DNA from: Oscillospiraceae bacterium | GTDB taxonomy: Bacteria; Bacillota; Clostridia; Oscillospirales; Oscillospiraceae | DNA: 32,000 nt | NCBI GenBank assembly: GCA_050950425.1 | Contig: JBMNHO010000002.1 | Location: 769,483-801,482, forward strand | Direction: 5' to 3' | Shown here: in pieces, positions 1-7,330 of the stretch | Layout: each line of letters begins with the position of its first letter | Position numbering within the stretch: position 1 is the first letter of the stretch | Program-made: the position numbers and the translations under genes | Notes under the pieces: model-generated | Seen by the model: the letters and a program-made list of their open reading frames with translations, nothing else | The model's database searches: none | What the model was told of the DNA's origin: nothing

Positions 1-609
1 TTTGAGGCGCTGGCCGTACAGGACGAGCTTCAAGTTTTGTATACATCCGGCACGGTGTTCCACGCATATTTGGGGGAAAAGCTGCCCGACTGGAAGGCGG
101 CGGCTCTCCTCGTCCGTAAGATCGCGGAACATTATAAGCTGCCGTATTACACCCTCTCTCCCACCTACTCGGTATGCCGCGCCCATGGCTATATCAGCGG
201 GGAGCATGCCCTTTGCCCCGTGTGCGGCCAGGAGACAGAAGTGTACAGCCGCATTACGGGCTATTACCGTCCGGTGAAAAACTGGAACGACGGAAAAACC
301 CAGGAATTCAAAGACCGCAAGGTGTACCGTTCCGACGACGCCGGCGTGCAGCCGGGAGACGGCTCTGCGCAGAAACCCGCGCTGCTGCTGTTTACCACGC
401 CCACCTGCGCAAACTGCACCATGGCGGAAAAAGCTTTGTTCCAGGCCGGCATTGCCCATCAAGCCATCGATGCGGGCGAACACCCGGATCTGGTGAAACA
501 ATATGACGTCCTTCAGGTGCCTACCCTTGTCTCTGTGACAAGCAGCGGCGCGGAGGTATTCGCCGGGGCGGCCAGCGTACTCTCTTTTGTGAAAGCCTGC
601 ACCGCCTGA
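1..609 (+). CDS. nrdD: Anaerobic (class III) ribonucleoside-triphosphate reductase, C-terminal part (5' end outside window), with a fused C-terminal thioredoxin/glutaredoxin-fold domain
   Basis: Frame 1 is open from nt 1; the track start at 37 is only an internal TTG. Zinc-ribbon C..HGY..G....CPVCG and glycyl-radical motif EVYSRITGYYRPVKNWNDGK are typical of NrdD C-termini. The ORF then continues about 95 aa with LLLFTTPTCANC (CxxC) and VPTL (cis-Pro), a thioredoxin-fold signature. Confidence 0.85.
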   Translation, partial: FEALAVQDELQVLYTSGTVFHAYLGEKLPDWKAAALLVRKIAEHYKLPYYTLSPTYSVCRAHGYISGEHALCPVCGQETEVYSRITGYYRPVKNWNDGKTQEFKDRKVYRSDDAGVQPGDGSAQKPALLLFTTPTCANCTMAEKALFQAGIAHQAIDAGEHPDLVKQYDVLQVPTLVSVTSSGAEVFAGAASVLSFVKACTA

Positions 610-709
610 GCCAGGCAAAGCTTGCCGGAACGAGCCGTTTGAGTGGCTCCTCCGCTTCCCCCTTTGCAACAAGAACACATTCTCCGTCGTTTTGTTAAGG
701 CAACATCAC

Positions 710-748
710 GGAAGGCCTGCTTTTCGAAAAGCAGGCCTTCCGTTTTTT
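710..748 (+). terminator. Rho-independent terminator after nrdD
   Basis: GGAAGGCCTGCTT / AAGCAGGCCTTCC 13-bp stem (710-741) followed by a T6 run (743-748). Confidence 0.8.
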
Positions 749-781
749 CGTCGATTTCCAGTTGAAAATTTCAATTAGATA

Positions 782-810
782 TTGACATATGCCATAAACA
801 GGTTTAAACT
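782..810 (+). promoter_or_regulatory. Sigma-A type promoter candidate for the Fe-S operon
   Basis: TTGACA (782-787), 17-nt spacer, TAAACT (805-810). Confidence 0.5.
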
Positions 811-1014
811 ATCAATTGTGAGCATAAGACCACAATTTGCTTTTATGCCATGCACGCCCTCTCCTCGGTGTGGCGTGTGCCCCCATGAATTGTCGCAGCA
901 AACCGATCACCCCTCTGCCTCGGATGACGCCGATCTTTTGGAGCGTCCGCCGGGCAGCCCGGCTCCTTTGCCGGGTGATGATTCTTTTATGCTATAACGG
1001 AGGATGGATGCAAA
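811..1014 (+). promoter_or_regulatory. Long (about 200 nt) structured 5' leader of unknown class upstream of the IscU-like gene
   Basis: No credible ORF. Local hairpins CACGCC..GGCGTG and GACGC..GCGTC. GCCGGG(949-954)/CCCGGC(958-963)/GCCGGG(970-975) can form two mutually exclusive hairpins. The 5' GAGCATAAGA could pair with the 3' TCTTTTATGCT next to the RBS. Confidence 0.35.
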
Positions 1015-1392
1015 ATGTCTTACGCGATGTTCTCAGATACCGTCATCGAACACTTCATGTGTCCCCAAAACGTGGGGACTATGCCGGACGCGGATGCCGT
1101 CGGAACCAGCGGCGACCCCAGTTGCGGCGATAGCCTGACGCTTTATATCAAAGTAAAAGACAATGTGATCGTGGACATCAGTTTTCTGGTGTTTGGGTGC
1201 GTGGCGGCCGTCGCATCCAGCAGCATGACAACGGAGCTTGCAAAGGGCAAAACATTGGAAGAGGCCCTTCATATAACCGATGCCGATATCACAGACGCCC
1301 TGGGCGGTTTGCCGGAACACAAAATGCACTGTTCCGTGCTGGGCGCGGCGGCATTGAAAAACGCCATTGACAACTACCAAAGCCAAAAGTAA
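1015..1392 (+). CDS. IscU/NifU N-terminal-domain Fe-S cluster scaffold protein
   Basis: Three scaffold cysteines in canonical contexts (SCGDSL, FGCVAA, MHCSVLG) and an overall IscU-like sequence. GGAGG lies upstream of the ATG. Confidence 0.85.
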   Translation: MSYAMFSDTVIEHFMCPQNVGTMPDADAVGTSGDPSCGDSLTLYIKVKDNVIVDISFLVFGCVAAVASSSMTTELAKGKTLEEALHITDADITDALGGLPEHKMHCSVLGAAALKNAIDNYQSQK

Positions 1393-1433
1393 TGCCCCAA
1401 TGTATCCACAAATATCATAAGGAGGACTCCAAA

Positions 1434-1808
1434 ATGAAAGTAATTGTACCCGTAGAAAGCAAATCCTTGGACGCACCCGTCTGCCCTTCTTTCGGGCGGA
1501 CCCCCTTTTTCGCATTGATCGACGGGGACAGCGGCAGCTGTGAATTTTTGATCAACAAAGCCGCCGCAAGCCAAGGCGGCGCTGGAATCAGCGCGGCGCA
1601 GGCCGTCGCGGACTGCGGGGCCAACGCCCTGATCACCTATCGCTGCGGGGAAAATGCGGCCAACGTTCTAAAGGCTGCGGAAATTAAGATCTACAAAGCA
1701 CAGGACGGCTCCGTTCAAGACAATCTTACCGCACTCCAAAAGGGGACCCTTGCTCTGCTGACTGAAATCCACCCCGGTTTCCACGGTCACGGAGGCGGCA
1801 AAGAATGA
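1434..1808 (+). CDS. NifX/NifB/NifY-type (dinitrogenase iron-molybdenum cofactor biosynthesis domain, COG1433-like) protein
   Basis: Internal ATG at 1434 is preceded by AAGGAGG. MKVIVPV...FGRTPFFALID...GANALITYRCGENA is typical of the family. The stop overlaps the next start (ATGA at 1805). Confidence 0.8.
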   Translation: MKVIVPVESKSLDAPVCPSFGRTPFFALIDGDSGSCEFLINKAAASQGGAGISAAQAVADCGANALITYRCGENAANVLKAAEIKIYKAQDGSVQDNLTALQKGTLALLTEIHPGFHGHGGGKE

Positions 1809-2641
1809 TTGTTTCTGTGCTCAGCGGAAAAGGCGGAACGGGTAAAACACTTGTCTCTGTCAATCTGGCCGCGGCCGCCGAGCAAACGACATATGTAGAC
1901 TGCGATGTGGAAGAGCCAAACGGCCATCTGTTTCTGAAACCGGAGATAACGGACACGACCCCTGTCTCCACGAAGGTTCCGGAGATAAATATGGATCTAT
2001 GCACCCGCTGCCGAACGTGTGTCAATTTCTGCAAATACAATGCCCTCGCATTGGTTAAGGACAAGATTCTGGTTTTTCATGAAATCTGTCATTCCTGCGG
2101 CGGCTGCGCCCTCCTTTGCCCTGCGAAGGCAATCACGGAAACGGAACGCACCATCGGCAGGATCGAAGAAGGCCTTTCCGCCGGGGTTCGGGTTCTCACG
2201 GGATACCTGAACCCCGGGGAAGTCTCCGGCGTGCCCATCATAAAAGAGCTGCTTGCCAGGCTGCCCAAAGAGGGTGACGCAGTCATCGACTGCCCGCCCG
2301 GAAGCGCCTGCGTTGTCATGGAGAGCATCCGAGATGCGGATTACTGTGTTCTGGTTGCCGAGCCAACTTTGTTCGGCGTGCATAATCTATCCATGGTATA
2401 TGAGCTGGTGCAGCTGTTTGAAAAGCCGTTTGGCGTGGTGTTGAACAAATGTCTCCCCGAGGAAAACCCTGCCGAGACCTTCTGTCTCCAACACCAGATC
2501 CCTGTTCTTGCCAAAATCCCTTATGACGAAACCTTGGGGCTTCTAAACTCCCGGGGTTCTGTTTTGGTGCGGGAACAAAAAGCGTATCAAGCCATGTTTT
2601 CCCGTATGATGGAGCGCATCAAAAAGGAGGTGGCGCAATGA
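1805..2641 (+). CDS. MinD/ParA-superfamily P-loop ATPase with inserted 2x[4Fe-4S] ferredoxin domain (COG1149-like)
   Basis: Deviant Walker A SGKGGTGKT, DCDVEEPN motif, CTRCRTCVNFC and CHSCGGCALLCP cluster motifs. ATGA overlaps on both sides. Confidence 0.85.
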   Translation: MIVSVLSGKGGTGKTLVSVNLAAAAEQTTYVDCDVEEPNGHLFLKPEITDTTPVSTKVPEINMDLCTRCRTCVNFCKYNALALVKDKILVFHEICHSCGGCALLCPAKAITETERTIGRIEEGLSAGVRVLTGYLNPGEVSGVPIIKELLARLPKEGDAVIDCPPGSACVVMESIRDADYCVLVAEPTLFGVHNLSMVYELVQLFEKPFGVVLNKCLPEENPAETFCLQHQIPVLAKIPYDETLGLLNSRGSVLVREQKAYQAMFSRMMERIKKEVAQ

Positions 2642-3510
2642 AACAGCTTCTGGTTCTAAGCGGAAAGGGCGGCACAGGAAAAACCACAGTGGCCAGCGCC
2701 CTGATCGCCTTCTCCGGCTGCCGCGCCTTTGCCGATTGTGACGTGGATGCCCCCAACCTGCATTTGGTCATGCCCCAAATGCCTCAGCCGCAAAGGGCAG
2801 ATTATTACGGCTTTGGAGCAGCAGCCATTGACCCCTCCCTATGCATCCGCTGCGGGCAGTGCGAAGCCCATTGCCGCTTTGGCGCGATCAAGGACTTTGT
2901 CGTTTCGGAAACCGAGTGTGAGGGCTGCGGCGTCTGCGTAGAAGTTTGCCCGGTACAGGCCATCACCATGCAGGATCGAGTATCCGGCCATCAAATGCTT
3001 TATCAAAACGACCAAGTCACGTTCTCTACCGCACAGTTGAAGATGGGCAGCGGCGCTCCGGGCAAGCTGGTATCGGCCATCAGGCAGCAGCTGGTTCAGG
3101 AAGCATCCGATGATGTGGACTTGGCGATCATAGACGGCTCCCCGGGCATCGGCTGCCCTGTCATCGCTTCCATCACCGGCGTGGATCTGGTGCTTCTTGT
3201 GGCCGAGCCCACTGTATCCGGCATACACGACATGAAGCGAATTCTCCAAACGGCAAACCATTTTGACGCGGACTGCATCGTCTGCATCAATAAATTTGAT
3301 GTCAATTTGGAAAACACCGAACAAATCGAAGCGTATTGCGAAAGCCTTCAGATCCCTGTTGTGGGCTTGATTCCTTTTGACAAAACAGTTGTGCAGGCGG
3401 TAAACCGCTGCGAAAGCATCGCCCAATATCCCGACAGTCCCGCCGGGAAGGCGTTGAAGGCCATTTGGGAGACGATTGACAACCTCTATTTGCGAGACAG
3501 CGCCGAATGA
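2638..3510 (+). CDS. Second MinD/ParA-superfamily ATPase with inserted 2x[4Fe-4S] ferredoxin domain (paralogue of the previous gene)
   Basis: SGKGGTGKT, DCDVDAPN, CIRCGQCEAHC and CEGCGVCVEVCP. Start overlaps the upstream stop (ATGA at 2638). Confidence 0.85.
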   Translation: MKQLLVLSGKGGTGKTTVASALIAFSGCRAFADCDVDAPNLHLVMPQMPQPQRADYYGFGAAAIDPSLCIRCGQCEAHCRFGAIKDFVVSETECEGCGVCVEVCPVQAITMQDRVSGHQMLYQNDQVTFSTAQLKMGSGAPGKLVSAIRQQLVQEASDDVDLAIIDGSPGIGCPVIASITGVDLVLLVAEPTVSGIHDMKRILQTANHFDADCIVCINKFDVNLENTEQIEAYCESLQIPVVGLIPFDKTVVQAVNRCESIAQYPDSPAGKALKAIWETIDNLYLRDSAE

Positions 3511-3579
3511 AGCCTCCTGTCAGAAAACAGGACTCCCGGCGGTTAAGATGTATATAAAAAAACAACAAAGGAGAAACAG

Positions 3580-3942
3580 ATGATGAAAATTGCAGTGGCA
3601 AGCGAAGGAAAAACAGTGGCGGAACATTTTGGGCATTGCGAGGGCTTTGCGCTTTTTGAAACCGAAAATAATCAGATCAAAAGCAAGGAATTTGTTCCGA
3701 ACCCTGGCCATAAGCCCGGTTTTCTTCCGGTTTTTTTACACGAAAAAGGCGTCAATGTGATCATTTCCGGCGGTATGGGTGGCGGCGCCATTGATATTTT
3801 CAACGAGAAAAAGATCGAAGTCATTGTGGGCGCGCGAGGCGACGCGGAAGAAGCGGCCAAGGACTATTTAAACGGCAGCTTGAAGTCCACCGGCTCTGTC
3901 TGCCATGAGCACAAGCACCACGACGAATGCGGCGGGCACTGA
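3580..3942 (+). CDS. Second NifX/NifB-type (COG1433-like) protein with His/Cys-rich C-terminal tail
   Basis: MMKIAVASEG..VAEHFGHCEGF...GVNVIISGGMG is typical of the family. Tail is CHEHKHHDECGGH. AAGGAG RBS. Confidence 0.8.
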   Translation: MMKIAVASEGKTVAEHFGHCEGFALFETENNQIKSKEFVPNPGHKPGFLPVFLHEKGVNVIISGGMGGGAIDIFNEKKIEVIVGARGDAEEAAKDYLNGSLKSTGSVCHEHKHHDECGGH

Positions 3943-3970
3943 CGCCCTTCTCCCCCCAACGAAAAGAAAA

Positions 3971-4018
3971 GAAGCAGCCACCCGTCCGTTTTATGGATCG
4001 GGTGGCTGCTTCTTTTTT
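3971..4018. terminator. Bidirectional rho-independent terminator between convergent genes
   Basis: GAAGCAGCCACCCG (3971-3984) / CGGGTGGCTGCTTC (3999-4012), with a T-run downstream (4013-4018) and an A-run upstream (3961-3970). Confidence 0.8.
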
Positions 4019-5282
4019 ATTCAAAACTTTCTTCATCAAAAAATCGACTGCAAGCCAAGGTTTCAACGCAATTGCGCCCTTTTTCCTTCGCCAGATACAG
4101 TGCCTGATCCGCGATGTTGATGATTTTTCCGATGTCGCTTGGGCTGGATATCTTTCCGGTGCATGTCCCCAAGCTAATGGTGATATGCGGATTGACAAGA
4201 GAAGCCTGATTTGGAATTTGTAGCTGCTGTATTTGCGCCTGGATGGTTTCGGCAATCTTTATAATTTCTTCCCTGTTTGTGTGAAACGCGGCATAAACAA
4301 ATTCCTCGCCGCCCCATCGAATGGCAATTTGGTCTTTGCGCCCAACCAAAGCGCCAATCTGCTCCGCAACTGCAATTAAAACATGATCACCCTTCCCGTG
4401 CCCATAATAATCGTTGTATTGTTTAAAATGATCCACATCCATCATAATGACAGACACCGTTCGGTCTGGCGCCTCATCCTGAAAGTTTTTATCAATAAAT
4501 TCACGAAATCCCCTCCGGTTGGGGAGCCCGGTCAACTCGTCCAAAAGCGCCAGCTTTTTCAGCCGTTCGTTTGCGATGGCAAGCTTTTGATTGATGACCA
4601 TGTTTTCTTTCATCTCGTTTGCCAGCAATGCATTGGATTGATTCATCAGCCGCTTGATCACATAATTATCACAGTGGCTGCGATAATTGATCCTCGTTGC
4701 AGCCCAGGAAACCACAACGAAGACGGCCAAGTTGATGTAGTTCCCCATCAGAACACCAATGGAGTTTCGAAAAAAGGGCAATCCAATCGCCAGGATAGAA
4801 GTAGAAACCAGATAAGAAATCCCCATTTTTTTGGCATCCAAACAATAAACCGTGGAGCATATGATCATATTGACCATAAAAGACACCGTCTGTCCATCCA
4901 TCGTCCGATCCAAAAGGGACGCAACCCCGCCCCATGTCATAAACAGAGTGAGAAATACCACCGTAACCACATCCATGGTATTTAGGCAGATCTGTTTCTG
5001 GTCATAGCGGTGAAGCAAAAGTAAATACAGCAGATTTATGACGATCATAACGAAATACATCACCTGACAAGAATGAAGCTGAAACAGATTGCCTGTCGTA
5101 AGGGAATAAAAAACGCTGGCTGCCAATATAAAAGCAACCTCAAAAGCAATCACAATGATGGCCAGCATTTTCCCCTTTCGGTTATTTTGCATGATCAGAT
5201 TCTCTTTAAATTCTCGACTGCGTAAATATTCGTTTTTGATTCCCTCCGGGACACTCGCATTGCCCATATGTAGCATATTCAT
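4017..5282 (-). CDS. Membrane-anchored diguanylate cyclase (multi-TM N-terminal domain + GGDEF domain, GGEEF active site)
   Basis: LDELTGLPNRRGF, MMDVDHFKQYNDYYGHGKGD and RWGGEEFV. The N-terminal roughly 200 aa are hydrophobic helices. No obvious RxxD I-site five residues upstream of GGEEF. Confidence 0.85.
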   Translation of the reverse strand: MNMLHMGNASVPEGIKNEYLRSREFKENLIMQNNRKGKMLAIIVIAFEVAFILAASVFYSLTTGNLFQLHSCQVMYFVMIVINLLYLLLLHRYDQKQICLNTMDVVTVVFLTLFMTWGGVASLLDRTMDGQTVSFMVNMIICSTVYCLDAKKMGISYLVSTSILAIGLPFFRNSIGVLMGNYINLAVFVVVSWAATRINYRSHCDNYVIKRLMNQSNALLANEMKENMVINQKLAIANERLKKLALLDELTGLPNRRGFREFIDKNFQDEAPDRTVSVIMMDVDHFKQYNDYYGHGKGDHVLIAVAEQIGALVGRKDQIAIRWGGEEFVYAAFHTNREEIIKIAETIQAQIQQLQIPNQASLVNPHITISLGTCTGKISSPSDIGKIINIADQALYLAKEKGRNCVETLACSRFFDEESFE

Positions 5283-5839
5283 ATTTCTTCGGTCTCTACT
5301 TCCTTTTTATGTAATATCGCTCTGTATGCTTATCTTCCATCGATATGCCTCAAAGGTGTCTGCTTTTTCTTTTCCCACGACCTTTCAAACACAAAAATCG
5401 CACCCCCTTTGAAGGCCGCCCTCCCAGATACGGAGTTCAGCCATAAAGCCACCGCTTATCCGCATCCTTGGTTCAATGATGCTCCCATCAAAGAAAGGGC
5501 CTTGGCCCGGACTTCCTGTCCCCCCTTCGGGGATCCAGAGCCAACTGCCGTTCTTCCACGTATTTCCATTCTCTATTTTACCCCGCAATGGCGGACAATT
5601 CAACTCGATTTGTGGAGAAAACGCCATTTTCTATACTATTATTTTGATTTTATGCAAAAAGGAGAGGGTTTGTTCCTTCAGAACATGCGATTGAAGGCAC
5701 ATAATACCACGTTTTGCGCTAGGTTTCTCTTTTCGGTCTAGAATAATCCATTCCAAAAGAGTCGATATTATACTATGCTCCCCAGCCAGTTTAAACCCCC
5801 ATTTTCTTAACGGGTATTTCGTGTGCAAGGAGAGATGAG

Positions 5840-6724
5840 ATGGAGACAATGACCGAGACAATCCCGACCCTCGCGCTAAGCCGCATCCTGATGGGTATCT
5901 TCATGGGAACCGCCGCCCGTTTTGTCACAATACGAATCGACTCAAGGCAAATGCCCAGTTATCCAAACGGCTATTTTATCAACCTTGTCACCGGTTTTTT
6001 CGCGGCAAGCCTTGGTTCTGTAGCCATTCCCGCTTTGTTGTCCAACGATTTTGCGGCGGTCACGTTTTTAATGCTGGCCGTTCAGCATTTTCGGGACATT
6101 CGAAAGCAGATCCACGAAAGCTTAGAAAACCTCGATCCGATTGGCTTCGCGCCCAGAGGCAGCGCCTACATCGACGGCATTTCCAAAACGTTTGAGGCCA
6201 GAAACTATATTTGCCTGCTCACGTCCCTCGGCACTGTCCTGGCGCTTTATCTTACGATGAGTGAAACCATATGGGTCAACGGAACCATCGCGCTGGCCGT
6301 GGGACCCGCCCTCGCCTTCTCCATGATTCGTTTTACGAAGGGACAGTGCATCGGAGATATCTGCACACTTCATTACGGAACCGTCCTCGTGCAAGGCTCT
6401 GAGCTGTATGTGGACGGCATCTGGGTGACCTGCTTGCTGGGGCTGCAAAAAAAGCAGCAGCTCTTTACGGAGCAAGGAGTTGCGCTGGTTGCAACACCAA
6501 AAACAGACACGCAGCGGCTTACCTTAGAAAATGAAGGACAGCGGACCGCCATTTTGTGCGATGCCGCCCGGTCCTTCGGCACCAAAGACCTTTGGTTTAC
6601 AAAGCGAAGCTTCCCCGACGGGCGCATTGTCGTCGCGTTTGTTCCCATCATCAATGACAAAGAAAAAATACTGGCCGCAGTGCGCAATACGCCTATTTTA
6701 GAAAGCGTCCGCAAGCGGTCGTGA
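5840..6724 (+). CDS. YIEGIA-family integral membrane protein (function unknown)
   Basis: About 294 aa, several N-terminal TM helices, and motif SAYIDGISKTFEARNY matching the family signature YIEGIA region. AAGGAGAG RBS 5 nt upstream of the ATG. Confidence 0.7.
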   Translation: METMTETIPTLALSRILMGIFMGTAARFVTIRIDSRQMPSYPNGYFINLVTGFFAASLGSVAIPALLSNDFAAVTFLMLAVQHFRDIRKQIHESLENLDPIGFAPRGSAYIDGISKTFEARNYICLLTSLGTVLALYLTMSETIWVNGTIALAVGPALAFSMIRFTKGQCIGDICTLHYGTVLVQGSELYVDGIWVTCLLGLQKKQQLFTEQGVALVATPKTDTQRLTLENEGQRTAILCDAARSFGTKDLWFTKRSFPDGRIVVAFVPIINDKEKILAAVRNTPILESVRKRS

Positions 6725-6737
6725 GGGAGCGCGTCTG

Positions 6738-6920
6738 ATGGAAATTATCTTATATATTACAGACTGCCCGAATCGGGTCATCACCGGGCAGCCCCTGGCT
6801 TTGCATATGCCAAACGATGCGGAACGTCAGAATTTTTTGGATATGCTGGCTGAAACCCTAGAGGCAAGCGTCATCCAGACCAAAAACGGCGACCATATCG
6901 TTGTCCGAAGAAGCAAATAG
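6738..6920 (+). CDS. 60-aa soluble partner of the YIEGIA protein (probably the small protein RefSeq calls capping complex subunit for YIEGIA; from memory)
   Basis: Starts 13 nt after the YIEGIA stop, with GGGAG upstream. A terminator follows. Non-low-complexity sequence. Confidence 0.55.
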   Translation: MEIILYITDCPNRVITGQPLALHMPNDAERQNFLDMLAETLEASVIQTKNGDHIVVRRSK

Positions 6921-6990
6921 CGCTCGGGCAGCAAAGAAAGGACCCCTCTGGCGCTTGCCCCGCCGTTTCAGCCCTTCCTGCTATCTCCCA

Positions 6991-7036
6991 AGCCGTGTTT
7001 TGTCTCAAAACAGCGAGAGACGAAACACGGCTTTTA
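6991..7036 (+). terminator. Rho-independent terminator after the YIEGIA pair
   Basis: AGCCGTGTTTTGTCTC / GAGACGAAACACGGCT stem (one G-U pair) followed by TTTAATATTT. Confidence 0.7.
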
Positions 7037-7053
7037 ATATTTAAAAAGAACAC

Positions 7054-7082
7054 TTGACAAGCCCGATGAATATAAGTATATT
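7054..7082 (+). promoter_or_regulatory. Sigma-A promoter of the ArsR-controlled operon
   Basis: TTGACA (7054-7059), 17-nt spacer, TATATT (7077-7082), about 40 nt upstream of the ferredoxin ATG. Confidence 0.65.
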
Positions 7083-7105
7083 AGTAATATGTAATATACT
7101 TATAT
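7070..7105. promoter_or_regulatory. 14-8-14 perfect inverted repeat, candidate operator for the operon-encoded ArsR-family repressor
   Basis: ATATAAGTATATTA (7070-7083) and TAATATACTTATAT (7092-7105) are exact reverse complements. The repeat overlaps the -10 hexamer and the predicted start site. Confidence 0.6.
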
Positions 7106-7120
7106 GTAAGGAGATGTGCT

Positions 7121-7330
7121 ATGTCTGGTTCAAAAAAGGTCGCGTATATCGGCAAAGACTGTGTCGCCTGCGGCGTTTGCGTCAAACACTGCCCCCGTGC
7201 CGCCTTGGCCATATACAAGGGAATCTACGCTGTGGCGGATCATGAAACCTGTATTGGCTGCGGAAAATGTCTTGCGGCCTGCCCCGCCGGGGTCATTCAA
7301 ATGGTTGCGAGGGAGGTCCGAGCCGTATGA
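7121..7330 (+). CDS. 2x[4Fe-4S] ferredoxin
   Basis: CVACGVCVKHCP and CIGCGKCLAACP motifs. AAGGAG RBS. Confidence 0.85.
   Translation: MSGSKKVAYIGKDCVACGVCVKHCPRAALAIYKGIYAVADHETCIGCGKCLAACPAGVIQMVAREVRAV

Noticed and set aside
1434-3942. Possible nitrogen-fixation (nif) locus
   Set aside because: Only NifX/NifB-domain and NifH-superfamily-like (MinD-type) proteins are present. There is no nifH proper, nifDK, nifEN or radical-SAM NifB domain in the window. The Pfam name of the domain is historical.
5283-5839. Possible c-di-GMP, T-box, cobalamin or c-di-AMP riboswitch in the long GGDEF/YIEGIA intergenic region
   Set aside because: I read both strands and found none of the conserved cores I know for these classes. 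The region is kept only as an unexplained long untranslated region.
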